The notes: generated by a model from the letters alone, not told the origin. DNA of 64,000 bases from Cyanophora paradoxa CCMP329 (GCA_004431415.1 QPMI01000199.1:62001-126000); one strand, 5' to 3'; numbered from the stretch's first letter, positions 22,401-34,963 are shown. Program-made: numbers and translations.

Positions 22401-24646
22401 GTTCCGTAATTGCCCAGACTGCTGCCGCACCCTCGAGGTCCGTCGGCCAGTAATTGCGTTCTGAATCAGTAGTCGTCCTGCTGGCGCATCCCACAATATA
22501 TTCCCGACCATGATCATCTTTTTGTTTGAGAATTGCGCTGAAGCCATCGATGCAGGCGTCGGTCTGTACAATGAAGGGTCGACCGAAGTCCGGATATTGC
22601 AGCACTGGTGCAGAGGTCAATCTTTTCTTTAGCTTTTCGAAAGCTTCTTGCTGCGCCTCTTTCCACATCCACGGTATCCGTGCCCGTAATAAGGACGTGA
22701 GAGGGCTGCTAGAACAGAAAATCCTTCAATAAATTTCCTGTAATAAGACGCGAAACCCAGAAATCCTCGCAGCTGACGGACTGTCTTAGGCTGCGGCCAG
22801 TCATGAAGAATCTGGACTTTCTTGGGTCCACACGTACCCCTGATGCATCGACCACATGGCCCAGTAGTTCGACTTCCGCCTTCGCGAACTTGCATTTTGT
22901 GGGCTTCAGACGTACGTTCGCCTCATCCAGTCGAGATAGCACCCTGTCTAGGTCTCTAGCATGCGTTTCAATCGACCGGCTGTAAACGACCAGGTCATCG
23001 AGGTAACACAGCGCGTGCGTCCATGCCAAGCCGGAAAGGATAATATTCATGGCGTTTTGGAAGCTCCGCGGCGCTCCCGAGAGGCCGAACGGTAATTGCG
23101 TGAATTCAAACTGTCCTTCACTCGTCCTGAAGGCTGTTTTCTCTTTGCTCTCCTCAGATAAGGGCAACTGCCAATACCCTGAGACCATATCGAGCGTAGA
23201 GAATATTACTGCGCCTTGTAGATTATTGAATATATCGTCGATGCGAGGAAGCGGGTAAGCATCCTGTTTTGTGATCGTATTCAACTGACGGTAATCTACG
23301 CAGAACCGCCAAGTACCATCCTTCTTTTTCGCCAGTACTACTGGAAATGCCCACGGTGATTTTGAAGGTACGATCACTCCAGCGTCTAACTGTTCCTGAA
23401 TAATTTTTCGAATTTCGGCCCTCCGAATAGGGTCCATTTGTCGCAGGGGAACACGAATTGGCCTGTGATCACCAGTGTCGATTACGTGCGCAAATTCTGC
23501 AGGCATCGTTTTGCCTGGCTCTACCTTATAGCTTAAGGTAAACATATGTCGTTTTGTATAAAGCACGTCGTACACTGCGTCGCGTATGCGACGGGGTAGC
23601 TCGTCGAAGCCGACGTCTAGTCTGGTTTTTAGCTCTTGCCAATCCTTGTCAGCTGCTTTAGCCTGACACTCTTTGCACTGTGCTTGCCCACACCAACAGG
23701 TGGTTGGCTCAAGCTGGCCGCGTGCTGCCTCGGCTACTGCTGCGACTGCTGTGCGTATCGCTGGTTCCTTACTGTTCACTGCGCCGTTTTCAAAAATGGT
23801 GCTAATATTTAATTGCGATGCTTCCGTCCAGTAGCCGACCGCCGTGCCTTTGCACAGGACGACGCCCTTGACACCGGGGTTCAGCACTCTCACTGTACAT
23901 GTGCCGCCGTCCCACTTAGTCACAGTGTCTGCAGGCATGAGGTCGTGCTGCACTGCAAATGCTCCGGACCGTTCCATCAAACCACAGGTCCCGTCCTTCG
24001 GCTGAGTGAGGGCGTCTCGCAGCACCAGTTGAATATTTTTCTCAGATGCCGGAGGGATACGCACGTCCTCGGGCAGAGTCATCGCTGGCGCCTTCTCGTC
24101 ATTCATCATTTTCACTTGTTCGTCCATTTTATCCTTATGGATAAGCAGCCCGTCCGCTAGGTCTATTAACCAGCGATTTGCTTTGACGAAGTCTGCGCCT
24201 AGAATGACGTTTGTTGGCAGCCGCTTCCACACGAAGAAAGGCTGCCGAGCATGCACCATGCTCCCTAGGGTGATATCAAGATAGATCAGCCCTACGCACT
24301 TAACCGGAGAGCCGTCCGCTGTTGCAAACGAGCATGTGAACGAGCGGTCGATATGCTGCTCCAAGCCAAAGTGTTTAATCACCGCCTCTGCGACGATTGA
24401 ATAAGCTGCACCGCTATCTATTAATGCATCGATAGCGCTGTTGCTATTGACTTTGATTTTTACATAGGCGTGGACGCCTCTCCGTCGCGTCGAGGTGGGT
24501 GCGAGCACCTCGGCCTCCGTTAATAATTCCGCAACTAGTGCGTCTACCTCATTCTGATCTGTGGGATTGTGTACAGATCTGCAAAATTGATGCTCATCTC
24601 CGCCGTGCTTGCTGCGGGCGCTGGAGCTGAGGTTTCCTTTACACAC
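19437..24646 (-). CDS. pol: Pol polyprotein (protease, RT, RNase H, integrase, GPY/F), split by frameshifts
   Basis: ALIDSGA; WRFCVDYR, LPFGL, YLDD; QTDA/TDH RNase H; HHCC, QMD/CDQG/LER integrase; YSGPY...VHVSRLRPF. Confidence 0.92.
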
Positions 24647-25409
24647 AGCCGCTTGCCAGCGCGCTGTAAGTCTCGCTCAACCAACTTGCGATTAGTTGGG
24701 ATAAAGAGCTTTCTTTCGACTCGTTTAGGTGCGACCGGACTAAGTCCGCCTTCGCTTGCGGCCTTTTGTTGGTCCGCTCCACGAGGGGTTGGCTCACCAT
24801 GATCAGGTACCGTCGCCGAGTCAGGAGACTGTGCAGCGCCGAGGCTGCTCGTCCCTCTTTCATCCCCATATCAGAAGTACGTCCAGACCGCACGGCTAAC
24901 TCAATACTCCCCACCTGAGCGTCCCCAGGCGAGGCGAGCCGAGCATGTGACGATCCAGCCGTCCTCTCTTGAGAGCTTTGCCCCTGGGCGCCCTTCGAGC
25001 GATGCTCTTTGAGGTACGCCGCCTTGGCCTTCGACCTTGCTGGTCTGGGCCGGGGTCGAGCTCCCGCATCCTGCACTGGCGCTGAGCCGGGGCCAGTCTT
25101 GCGCAGGCATAGGTGCCTTCGGTCACGCCGACGCTGTCCTGGGGCCCCAGGATGCCTTCGGTCATGCCGACGCTGCCCGCATCCTCCAAGTCGAGCGCGC
25201 GTTCTTCAGCTTGCAACGGGTATTCATCGTCCGTTTCGTATTTACGTTTATTTTGCTGCTCCGTTTCACACTTGGAAGGCGTCGAGCGCGCGTTCTCGAC
25301 TGTGAGCACTGCATACGGGTTCCTGTCCACGAAATCACGCGTATTTACAGGTGACTGTACAACCGAGCGACTCGGCTGAGCTCGCTCGCCACTGACTTTA
25401 CTTGCAGGT

Positions 25410-26872
25410 TTACGCCGAGGGCCTCCCGCCCTGGCTACGAAAGTTCAACTCTTGCAGCTGCTGCTGGAGAGCCGCGATCGCTGCGGTCTGCCTCTCCTTC
25501 TGCTGCTCTTCATCCTGCTTCTTCTTAAAGAAGCACTTGTCCGCAGTGTGATTGAACCGTCCACAGAAGTCACACTGGACGTTCGAGGCTGCGCCTTGCG
25601 ACTGGAAGGGGCGGCCCTGATAGCCTCCCTTTCCCTTGAACGGTTTCTTGCCCCGCCTTGCGAGAAATTCTCGTCCTGGCGCTGACGCTTGAACCCAGAG
25701 CCGAAGCTCTGCTGCTGCTGGGGCGGCTGCTGGCGCGGACCACGCGCAGCGGCAGTTCCCTCTTCCATCTTGCGGGTACGGCATTCAGCTATAATGTGCC
25801 CGCTCTTCCCACAATAATTGCAGATGATCCGGCCGTCAGCATCAAAGCCGGCGTTCGGTGGCGTTTGCGCTCCGGCCTCTGCTGCCGCTGATCGGACCGC
25901 GGGCGCTGATACCCCTGGCCTTGCTGCGGGTACCCCTGCTGCTGCCGCTGGTATCCTGCGGCACGGGCTCACTGTACCCTCCCGCAGTTTCAGGGCGCTG
26001 GCCAACGTGATCGCGGACTTCCACGATGTTGGCTCGCAGCGTCGCCAGCTCTCGAGTGAGTCCCACGTCGCGCTCGCGCAAGGCCTCGCTAATGACCTCC
26101 TTTAGAGCGGCGGGCGATGCGGCTGGAGGTGGCGGCGGGGCCATCCCCATGGGCTCTTGGACAGCGGCCACCTTTGCCGCCGCGGCCTGGATAGCGTAGG
26201 CGGCGTCGTCAGTGACGTACTCGACGAATAGCTTTCCCAGGTAGTCACGTTGCTATTTGCCGCCGTGAGCTTCCTGTAGGCTTTGTGCGCCAGCTTATGT
26301 AGTCGCTTATTTTCGCTCAAGGCCATTGCCATCGCGTTAATTAATGTCGAGTCGGTCCAGACGTTTTCCATATTCAGTAGGCGCCGATAGGAAACGCAGT
26401 CCTTTACGTACATGCCGGCCTCCAGCGAACCTGGTCGATCGATCTCGCAGAGAGACGAGGCGGCCTCTTGTATGTGCTGCCTTAGTACAGCCTCCGGGTT
26501 CTGAGCCTCCGTGTACTTGTTTATAATATATGTGCGCAAAGCCTCGTAGTCATTTCGATCGAGTGCGGCCTCCCGCTCGATGCAGCGCACTAGACTCGTG
26601 GCCGTGAGCTGATTCGACCGCCGTAGGCACTTCATAAGTGCGTTCGCGCGCGCCTTCGAAACCTCCGCGGGCGTGTCGCCCTCGATACTAGCGCTAAAGA
26701 GATCATACTCTTCAAGGAAGCGAAGTATCTTATTGCCTCGCAGTTCAGGCAGTGGAAGATCCTTTCTATCCGAGTCCACCTTAAACTGCTTGATAGCCTT
26801 AGCTACGGCTTCCGTCGCCGCTACTGCTGCGTTGGCAGCCTGCACAGCCATTGCTTCTTCGTTTGATTGCAA
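25410..26872 (-). CDS. gag: Gag with two CCHC zinc knuckles, frameshifted
   Basis: CNYCGKSGHIIAEC and CDFCGRFNHTADKC in successive frames downstream of a capsid-like helical ORF. Confidence 0.8.
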
Positions 26873-27965
26873 AATTATGCTACGAAGCAGCAGGCAGGGA
26901 GGGTTTTATTAAAGGGGAGGAAAAGGAGAATCGAAGTCACTGCGCGCGTTCCAAAAAGGAATACGTAAGGAACTGTTCACAGAGTTCGATAAATAAAGCC
27001 CGGGCGCACTGCTTCCGAGGCCGAAAACGACGATCAGAGGCACTGAGGACCGATACCGAAAAGTTGATCGTCAGTAAACGCACTGTCAACAGGCGGCGAG
27101 GCGTATACGCACTTCCGAATCCGCGCTTGTCGACCGTTTACTCACGCTTGACGCCGGAGGCGGAGCCGGACGGCGAGGACGGCGAGTAGCCGGCGTCTAC
27201 GATCCAGTGACCGTCGGCACAGCGCACAAGGAAACCTTTATCAGGGTGCGGGGTGCACGTGCCGGTCGAACCAGCTTCGCTGGGGGTGTCCGAACCGAAG
27301 AGCGTGCGCTCGAGCGGCACCACGGCCTTGACGAAGCCGGCGCCTCCCTTGAGCGGCGTGCCCACAGCTCCGGCACCAATCGCGGTCGTCGGCGCAGCGA
27401 ACACCTGCGGCTGCAGCAGATGCTGGCCGAACGACGGAACGAGGTAGGCGAGCGTCGGGTCCTGGTAGAGGATCTAATGTGACGAATCAGTGAGCGTCGG
27501 TTGCGTTGACGACACGGCTTTTAGGCGCGCACAATCTGCTGCAACGTGGGCGGCGAGCTCACCGGCAGCGGCGCTCCCGAAGCCACAGTCTGGCCGGGAC
27601 CGAAACCGCCGTACGTCGGGGCGACGTGAGCAGGGGCGGGCGCCGGGGCGGCCTTCGTCGGAAGCTCCGTGACAGACGAGTAGAACTGGGAGGTCTTCGT
27701 GGACTTGCGAGTGGACTCCTCTTGCTTGGGGCGGTACTCCTTGGAAACCGGGGACCGCTCAAAGGTAGTCACCGTCTTCGTCTCCTCAATGTGCTCGTGG
27801 AGACGCGACGCCGGGAGCGCGGCGGCCTGACCGGCAAGAATCTGTCCGGTGGGTCGGGTGTTTCAGTGACGAGCCTTGATAAAATTACGAATCCGTTAAC
27901 GTGGCTGTTGTCGTAGGAGCGTGGGTTCGACGGCCGTTAACGCAGCCGTTAGAGCAGCGCCTCCG

Positions 27966-28924
27966 TGAAAAGGTGACTAGAACCTCTTCGGATCAAGGCT
28001 CCTGAACTATCCCGGGAATCCCACAATTAAGAACAAAAGACCAACCTCAGGCTTCCCAAGAGCGGCGAACTGCCCGTCCCAGTTATGGCCGTGCTTCCCA
28101 ACCAAGCCAGGGAAGTCGGACGCAAAGGGCGGAGTCTTGTTATTGACAGCAGATCCCTTGGAGTCTGACATTTTGGGTCTAGAACGCGGGTTTTGATCAG
28201 TGCAAAGCTTTACATGAATCAGGGGAAGGGGTCGTAAGAATCAGGTTCAGGCACCAGATGAACGTGAAGCGTGTCAGGTAGGAAGGCCGACGGCGCCTAG
28301 CTTCGCTGCGATGCTGCAGCGATTAGGCGAGCTTCAAGAATGCGCTTCCTGGCCGAATTACCGAGTTTTAGAGACTCGGATCGCAATCCAGACGGGTACC
28401 GCCTCCTTTTACCCGGCGCCGCCATACTACCAACCTTCCGACCAATGGTTACCGGCCGTCGGTCAACCGGCGACGCGGTTCCACTCACGTGTCCTGGTAC
28501 TAGGCTGGTAGTCAGCTAGGTCTGAGTCCGCGGCTATATCACGTAGCATGCGCCAGACTGTAGCCGGCCCATGCCCGCTGTCAGTTGCTTAATTACTCGA
28601 CCCGGAACCGACGCCAGGTCCGAGGGGCCCCGAGCCGGCTTGAACCACGAGCCGGCTCGAGCCCACTCGGCTCGTAATGATAAATACGTCTAGCCGTCTT
28701 GAGCTCGACCGCTTATAGATCCGTGCTCAAGCGCGCCCTACTGGCATGCCGCTGCAGCCGACCGACCAGACTCCGGTCCGACGCCGCACAGCTGCGACAC
28801 TCAGGCCGTCCCGCCGGATGTCCGGGGACTACGGGGCCTGACATTTACACGAGTGCGGCTAGAATGACTAAATTATAATATTCAGTCGAAAAAGCAAACC
28901 GGGTACGGCCATACGGCCTTAACA
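27966..28924 (-). repeat. 5' LTR (959 bp)
   Basis: Direct repeat of 18424-19381. Confidence 0.95.
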
Positions 28925-29360
28925 AAGTTGACTCACTTTTCATAAACATTTTGAACTCTTAGTTTCCTTGAATTTCTTAAGATGACTCAACTTAGTCAAC
29001 TTAGTCAACTTAGTCAACTTTGTTACCATTATCAATCAGGGTGGACTCACTTTTAGATCAACTTTGAAATTTCAAGCAAAATCAACTTGGATTTCAAAAG
29101 TGGATCTTCTAAGTGGACTCAAAATGTTCACTTTGTGATACATGTTAGCTCAAATGCTTACTGTTTATGGTCAGGGTTGACTAAGTGGGGGGAGTTGACA
29201 CATTTTTTGAAATCCTTTTTAGAAAACTTTAGGCCCCAAATATTTCCTGTGAAATTTGAGTCAACTCAACCCACTTAGTCAACCCTTGCATTGAATTCGT
29301 AACAAAATCCATATACTTTTACTACTTTTACGATTAATATGAGTCAACCTTGAGTCCACT
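28925..29360. repeat. Element B subterminal iteron field and hairpin
   Basis: (TCAACTTAG) tandem 28987-29020; perfect 17-bp inverted arms 29173-29189 / 29270-29286; many AGTCAAC/GTGGACT words. Confidence 0.85.
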
Positions 29361-29973
29361 TTAATATAAATATTATATAATAGGGGGAATCTAGGGGAGA
29401 TGCTTACTAAATGCAGTGTTAGATTGATGGATTCATATATGTAATCACGTTAATCGAAGCTATATAATACAGTGGATTATTCGATATCATAAGTGGATCG
29501 AATTGATAAGTATATGGTTAAAAATCGCGATTTTTGAGTTATAATCGAATTTAATCGAATTATTTTGAATTTCAAAACTCGCTTTAATCGTAATAGCGAT
29601 GTATACACATCGAGATTCGTATATGTGATTGCAAGTTATTGTTATGTATGATCTATTTGATAATATTTCACCATCAGTGCATCGATTTGATAACGTCCTG
29701 GTGATCTATATTAAAAACTCACGTTTAATGCATTTTAATCGAATTTAAAATTAAAATTCAAAATCGGTTTCATCGCGATTTCGAGTCAGGGTTATCGAAA
29801 TGTCGATATTATGAAATGCTCGATTTTATGACGTTTTAAGCGCATCGATTTGAGCATGTGGTGCTGAGATATCGCAGCAAACGTGAATATTGATTTTCCA
29901 GACGGGTACAGCATTAATCTAGAAAAAACCGCGTTTTTTTTTTACTTTTCAAGTTTCACCGCGAACGAAGTAA

Positions 29974-30039
29974 AGGTTCCCGAGCGGATTTGAACTGCGA
30001 CTCAGATATCCAAGCGTCTTAACCGCTGAGCCAAAAACA
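29974..30039 (-). ncRNA. tRNA-like remnant / Pol III promoter (A and B boxes)
   Basis: Minus strand TGGCTCAGCGGTTAAGACGC...GTTCAAATCC...GGAACCT; anticodon arm too short for a normal tRNA. Confidence 0.4.
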
Positions 30040-30266
30040 GTTCTTAGTCAAGTCGATTCCTGGGCTAGTGTTTCACCAAGTCCACTATGGCAAGTGACTT
30101 TTGCATCTTCAAACTGTTATATCTCATCACCAGATCATCAAAACGCAACGTTCTGCATAGCGCTGTGAAGCGCTTGATATGCTCTACAAGACTATGTGTA
30201 TATCATATGCATATATGTATATCTGTCATACATATATTTGGAAAAAACGAGTTTTCGCCTAGCAAA

Positions 30267-31653
30267 CTAGCTAGTTTTGGTTCTTTCTCTTAGTGTTCTT
30301 TGAGGTTTAGGGGCTGTATATGACTCCTTAGTAGTCTGAAAGTCATTATACCATCTCTGGCTATTCACTTCTGAAAGTTTCTGTGTGCCTGCTATAGTGA
30401 GCTTTTTGAGTTCCCTGTTAACTTTCCCAGCCTTCTCCTTCCTAGCCTCTATCAAAGGCTTATCTGGGACTTCATTAGAAGCTTCTATGCCCTCTCTTCT
30501 TATAGCAGCATCAACCCTGGCTTCCTCTTTAGCTTGCTCTAAAGCATCTACTGTAGGGGTTTCCAGATACTCAATTGCATTCACAGGCAACAGCTCATGG
30601 AAAGCAAACCTGTTATCTATGATCTCTCCAGTGGGACTCTTTAGCTTAAACTTAAAGCCTTCCCTACTATCAACAGTGTAAACCATCCTAGACCAATTGT
30701 TACCCTGTTTAGCAAATGGGTTCTTCTCTACTTTCACTCTAACAAACATGCCAGGCTGCATGGTATCAAGATAAGCTATTGATTTCTTGAACCTTTCATC
30801 TTCTAATCCCACTATATACCTATAATGCTCCTCTGTAGTTTCAACTGGCTTCATCTTAGTAGCTGAGTGAACTGTATTATTGTAATTATACTCAATATCA
30901 CCTAACACATCAAAGAATCTAGCTGTATTATTGGCTATGCAGTAGTTTGTGATCAGTCTCTTAATCTGCTTGTTAAAGGCTTCAATTCGACCTTGGCTTC
31001 TGTGGTCTGCAGTTCCACTCACTTGGTGTTCTATGTATTTACTAGATAAAAAACTCCTGGAATATTCGATTTTGGAATTCACTCCCAGCATCTGATTGAA
31101 CCTTTACTATGGGTCTTGCTACTCTCATCTCAAGCTGTTTAAATGCAGCTAATGTAGTGAGAGCTGATTTATCTCTGATAGGTATAATATACCCAGTTCT
31201 CAGTGTTGATTCCATTGCAGTCATAAAAGTATCATAACCATTGTTTTGTTTCTTATAAGCTGGGAAAAAGAGCAAATCAATCACATAGGTATCAAGGGGT
31301 TGCCTTATTGGGACCATGGGATCTCTCTTTCTAGATATAGCAGGTGCATTGATCTGAACAACCTCTTGCTTTTTATAGAACTCTTGCAACTGCTTGTAGG
31401 ATTCATCTGGTAACTCAGCCCTCATAGCTTGAAGCCCTTTGTAACCAGTTCTCACATCATAGAATCTCTTGGCAATCTTGCTGGTTTCTTTCACTGCAAT
31501 AGCAACTGGGATCTCTACTGGGACAAGCTCTTTCATCTCAGACTTTTTGACAATTCGAGATTCCCCCTTTTCCTCCTTTGGAACTGTGATAGGCAGTAGG
31601 TTACCTTGCAGTTGCTCAGTGGTTCTCCTAACTATTCTTCCAGTTGCTGGCAT
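30267..31653 (-). CDS. rve integrase (frameshift in T6 run at 31048-31053)
   Basis: Colinear with A integrase; VIDLLFF, QSDAGSEF, GRIEAFN. Confidence 0.9.
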
Positions 31654-31656
31654 CTC

Positions 31657-34600
31657 TTAATTAAATGGAACAGAATTAATACCATCTGGTAAGATGTATC
31701 TCTTTGCATCAAAGCAATTTAGGGCAACCCTTCTACTCACAGTATCTATTATTGTGTGATCTGCCCTTCTTTTCTGCTTTGCAGTCACAGTCTTGCTGAT
31801 ACCTGCAAATAAACACTCCTTAAAATCATTGAATTGGAGTTCCTCAGTGGAAGTTCCAGATAGCTTACTTCTCTCAATCTCAGCTGTTCTGAAACTGTAA
31901 ACTTTGGCTCTCAGACCTACATACTCCAGGATTGCAGAACCTGGCATCTCATTTTTGTATTTACCTGGGGTCATTCTGGAATCACCTCCAAGGTCTAATG
32001 CATAGGATATATTCTCTATATCTGTTGCAAGGGTCTTAGATTCGATATATAGACAAAAGGAATCAGTATCATGGAATAGTAACTTTGCTTTTGACCACTG
32101 GGACCTTACAGTATCATAGAAGAACTTGTAGTTATGCAGTTTGGCTGCATCCAAAACATAAGCCCCAATTGCAACAGGCTTATCTAGCTTCACATGCTTT
32201 GTGTAAAACTCAAAGGCAACTGCTCTTTCACTTATGGGACTTGTTGATTTCACTAAAGGAGAGGCTGCATATTTCATAAATAGCTTCTCAGTGTTGGCAA
32301 TCTTAACCACAGATCGACCTCTACATGATTCAATGCATTTCCCATAGATTGAATTATTCATGAGCTTATAGAAATCAGCCTCGAATTTATTCACTGCTTT
32401 CCTTCTCATATCAGTGTTCAGCTCAATGTAGGGTTTCATTACAGGAGCCACAGTAAATGATAGGACCCTGTGAACCTTCTTTAGTTTCACACCTTTAGCT
32501 AACATGTATTGCAGAAGAGGCTCAGAAATCACATAGTTGGTCACAGAACCAAAGGTTGCAGTTAGCTTAGGGGTCTTATCAAGCTCTTCTCCTGAGAGAT
32601 CCAATAGGCTTTTTTGATATTGTGATAATTCTGCATATTCTACTATTTTCTTGTTAATAATTAGGGGGAAATCACTGTGATCTAGAAACAGCCTAATTGG
32701 GTAATCCAGATCAACTTCTAGGAAACTGGATCTGTTATCTTGTGGGTTGAATTCGGTCTCCCATCTAAAATCACCAACTGGGATTGGCTGACTCAAGCAG
32801 TAGCCATACAAGTTGTTAGCATCAAACAGCATAATATGGGAGTTCTCACCATCAGCCTCAGCATACCTACAGGGCATTGTTGCAAAGCCACCCCTGATTC
32901 CCCTCTCAACAAATTCGTATTGCTCTACATCACTAATAAGCTCTATTTTTGCCTTGGTGGTCCTTAACATAGCATCCCAAGATAACCCAGGGGCAGATAC
33001 ATAATGAACTGGGTCAAGTCCATATACTGAGTGTGAAAGCCTTCTAAAAGCCTGGAATTTGTTCATTAACTCAGTCACATCAGCAGCCCCAAAGTCCATA
33101 AAGTTACTTGCATCAATGAACTTGTAAAGACCCCATTGCAATGAAAGGTATTGATCAAAGTTTTTCGAAAGGATTTCGATTCGCTTTTTATCACCCATGC
33201 CTGCTATTTTTCTGAAAATGAATGTCCCACAGTCATCCATTTGGTCAACAACAACTGCAACTTTGGTTTGCTTTGAGATTCTCCTATGAAGATTGCAGTT
33301 TCTGCATGCAGGAGCAATATAATTACCTGTGTGATGATCATGATCCCTGCATTTAAAGTTCTCCTTGGTGAACCTCTCACTGCAAAGGTAACAGTGTTTG
33401 GTAGCCCTATATACAGCTTTCTGCTCATCTGTGAGTTCATTCATGGGAATATTGGTAAACAGAAAATCGATTAGTTCTCTTGCTTTGGATTCCAAGCATT
33501 CAAACAGACCTCCCATTGGATCCTGCCCCTCAAATCGAAAATTTTGAACATCTGCCCCAGTGACTACTCTGAGGTTGACTGCTGAGACTTCCCTCTTGGA
33601 TTTCGATGCATCTATGGGGATGCTTCTATGTTCAATCTTGCAGTATACCACAACAGGAAGCCACACAGTTTTCCTGAGGTTTTTCAGTCCAAACTCTATG
33701 GTGGTCTCAGGCTTAGGAGTGATTCCCTTTGAGAGTCTCCAATCAATGCATCTGTTTGAGTCCACATGAGCAGTGAGTTTAGCCTCAGACCTGAATCGAG
33801 ATAAGCATGTGTCACAGTAGTGTAACTTCTGATCATTGTATGTTTCATGGTTAACTTTCAATAGCCTTGAAAGGGACATGATTGTAATATAGTGACCATT
33901 CCCTTCATCATCAAATATCAGCATGAGATTAACCTTATGCTTTCTGCCTGGGTTACTTGATTGATGCAGGGGATAAATAACCTCTCCATCGATTCCAAAT
34001 ATATTAATGCTAATGCCTGCATTTTGAGCCTCGAATTTATCAATTATTTCAGCATCACAGGCAACAGGGAATGGGATATTGTCGAAATTGAGAGCCAGCG
34101 GATTATAAGCGATTGCTGAGTATTTCCATTTGCGATACTGTGAAAGCTCATTCCTCTTATGGGAGTTTATCGCTTTTCTGTGAATATATGCCAAAATTGC
34201 ATTTTCGAAGCAGGAATCATCAATATTTCGAATATTTACTGTGGCTCTCTTCCTAGCAATCCACTCTGGGGTTTGTAGAAAGCATCCACCTGTTGGAGCA
34301 TAACTCATAATAGCCACTCTGAGTATTTCTATTCTCTCTAAGCGATAGCTATCAACCACATTCATCTGCTCCTGACACATTTGGGCTGCTTTATTCAGCT
34401 CAGTTCGAATATTTCTCGATCTGGTTAGTACAAAATAATCGCTGTAAATATATTTCGATATCCAAACCTGTGAATTGCTCACTTTTACGAACTTGCAGAT
34501 AAAAGACAAGCGAACCTTGATTGCCCTGAATTGATCTAAACCCTGCTTTAATCGATTAGGAAGGGATGTAGCAATTCTGTCCAGGAATTCAATCACATCT

Positions 34601-34902
34601 ACAACAACTTCCCTTCTGGCTCTGTAAGTGAGCCAGCGATATAATTCATTCATGGCTGTTCCATCTTCTGCCTCAGGCTCTATTTGCCTTAGGCGATCCA
34701 GTTCATCCAAGGTTTCAATTTTATCATATAGGTTATTTGCTTTTCTGGTTAATCTGGCTAAAGTGGGTCTACCCTTTGCAATTAAATCTATTTCCCGGTC
34801 ATATTCAGCCTCTGTTATTTCATGGGCTGCATAAAGTGTTCCCAGCAATCCCATGAGTTCCCATTTCTTCTCCCTTATGAGTTTGTTGGTAATTCGGGGC
34901 AT
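31657..34902 (-). CDS. polB: Polinton-type family B DNA polymerase (intact, 1081 aa)
   Basis: DANNLYG, KLMNNSIYGK, HDTDS, KVY; N-terminal DSCF...GHY protease-like dyad; EndoVII-like RDHDH..CRNCN. Confidence 0.93.
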   Translation of the reverse strand: MPRITNKLIREKKWELMGLLGTLYAAHEITEAEYDREIDLIAKGRPTLARLTRKANNLYDKIETLDELDRLRQIEPEAEDGTAMNELYRWLTYRARREVVVDVIEFLDRIATSLPNRLKQGLDQFRAIKVRLSFICKFVKVSNSQVWISKYIYSDYFVLTRSRNIRTELNKAAQMCQEQMNVVDSYRLERIEILRVAIMSYAPTGGCFLQTPEWIARKRATVNIRNIDDSCFENAILAYIHRKAINSHKRNELSQYRKWKYSAIAYNPLALNFDNIPFPVACDAEIIDKFEAQNAGISINIFGIDGEVIYPLHQSSNPGRKHKVNLMLIFDDEGNGHYITIMSLSRLLKVNHETYNDQKLHYCDTCLSRFRSEAKLTAHVDSNRCIDWRLSKGITPKPETTIEFGLKNLRKTVWLPVVVYCKIEHRSIPIDASKSKREVSAVNLRVVTGADVQNFRFEGQDPMGGLFECLESKARELIDFLFTNIPMNELTDEQKAVYRATKHCYLCSERFTKENFKCRDHDHHTGNYIAPACRNCNLHRRISKQTKVAVVVDQMDDCGTFIFRKIAGMGDKKRIEILSKNFDQYLSLQWGLYKFIDASNFMDFGAADVTELMNKFQAFRRLSHSVYGLDPVHYVSAPGLSWDAMLRTTKAKIELISDVEQYEFVERGIRGGFATMPCRYAEADGENSHIMLFDANNLYGYCLSQPIPVGDFRWETEFNPQDNRSSFLEVDLDYPIRLFLDHSDFPLIINKKIVEYAELSQYQKSLLDLSGEELDKTPKLTATFGSVTNYVISEPLLQYMLAKGVKLKKVHRVLSFTVAPVMKPYIELNTDMRRKAVNKFEADFYKLMNNSIYGKCIESCRGRSVVKIANTEKLFMKYAASPLVKSTSPISERAVAFEFYTKHVKLDKPVAIGAYVLDAAKLHNYKFFYDTVRSQWSKAKLLFHDTDSFCLYIESKTLATDIENISYALDLGGDSRMTPGKYKNEMPGSAILEYVGLRAKVYSFRTAEIERSKLSGTSTEELQFNDFKECLFAGISKTVTAKQKRRADHTIIDTVSRRVALNCFDAKRYILPDGINSVPFN

Positions 34903-34963
34903 TATTCCTAACTTGTTCCTATTCTAAGGGGATATTTTATTTTAGGATGTTCTAAACGCATTT

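Larger units (their letters stand above)
18424..28924 (-). mobile_element. Ty3/Gypsy LTR retrotransposon, full length
   Basis: TG...CA LTRs, AAGT at 18420-18423 and 28925-28928, gag then PR-RT-RH-IN order, much higher GC than flanks. Confidence 0.95.

Noticed and set aside
22709-23460. Diversity-generating retroelement acting on fibre tips
   Set aside because: The RT is an ordinary Gypsy Pol within LTRs; no template/variable repeat pair with adenine-specific differences was seen.
27138-27772. Extra ORF upstream of gag
   Set aside because: Fragmented Pro/Ser-rich frames in GC-rich DNA with no recognisable motif.
28925-29360. CRISPR-like array
   Set aside because: Short irregular iterons without constant-length unique spacers; no cas genes.
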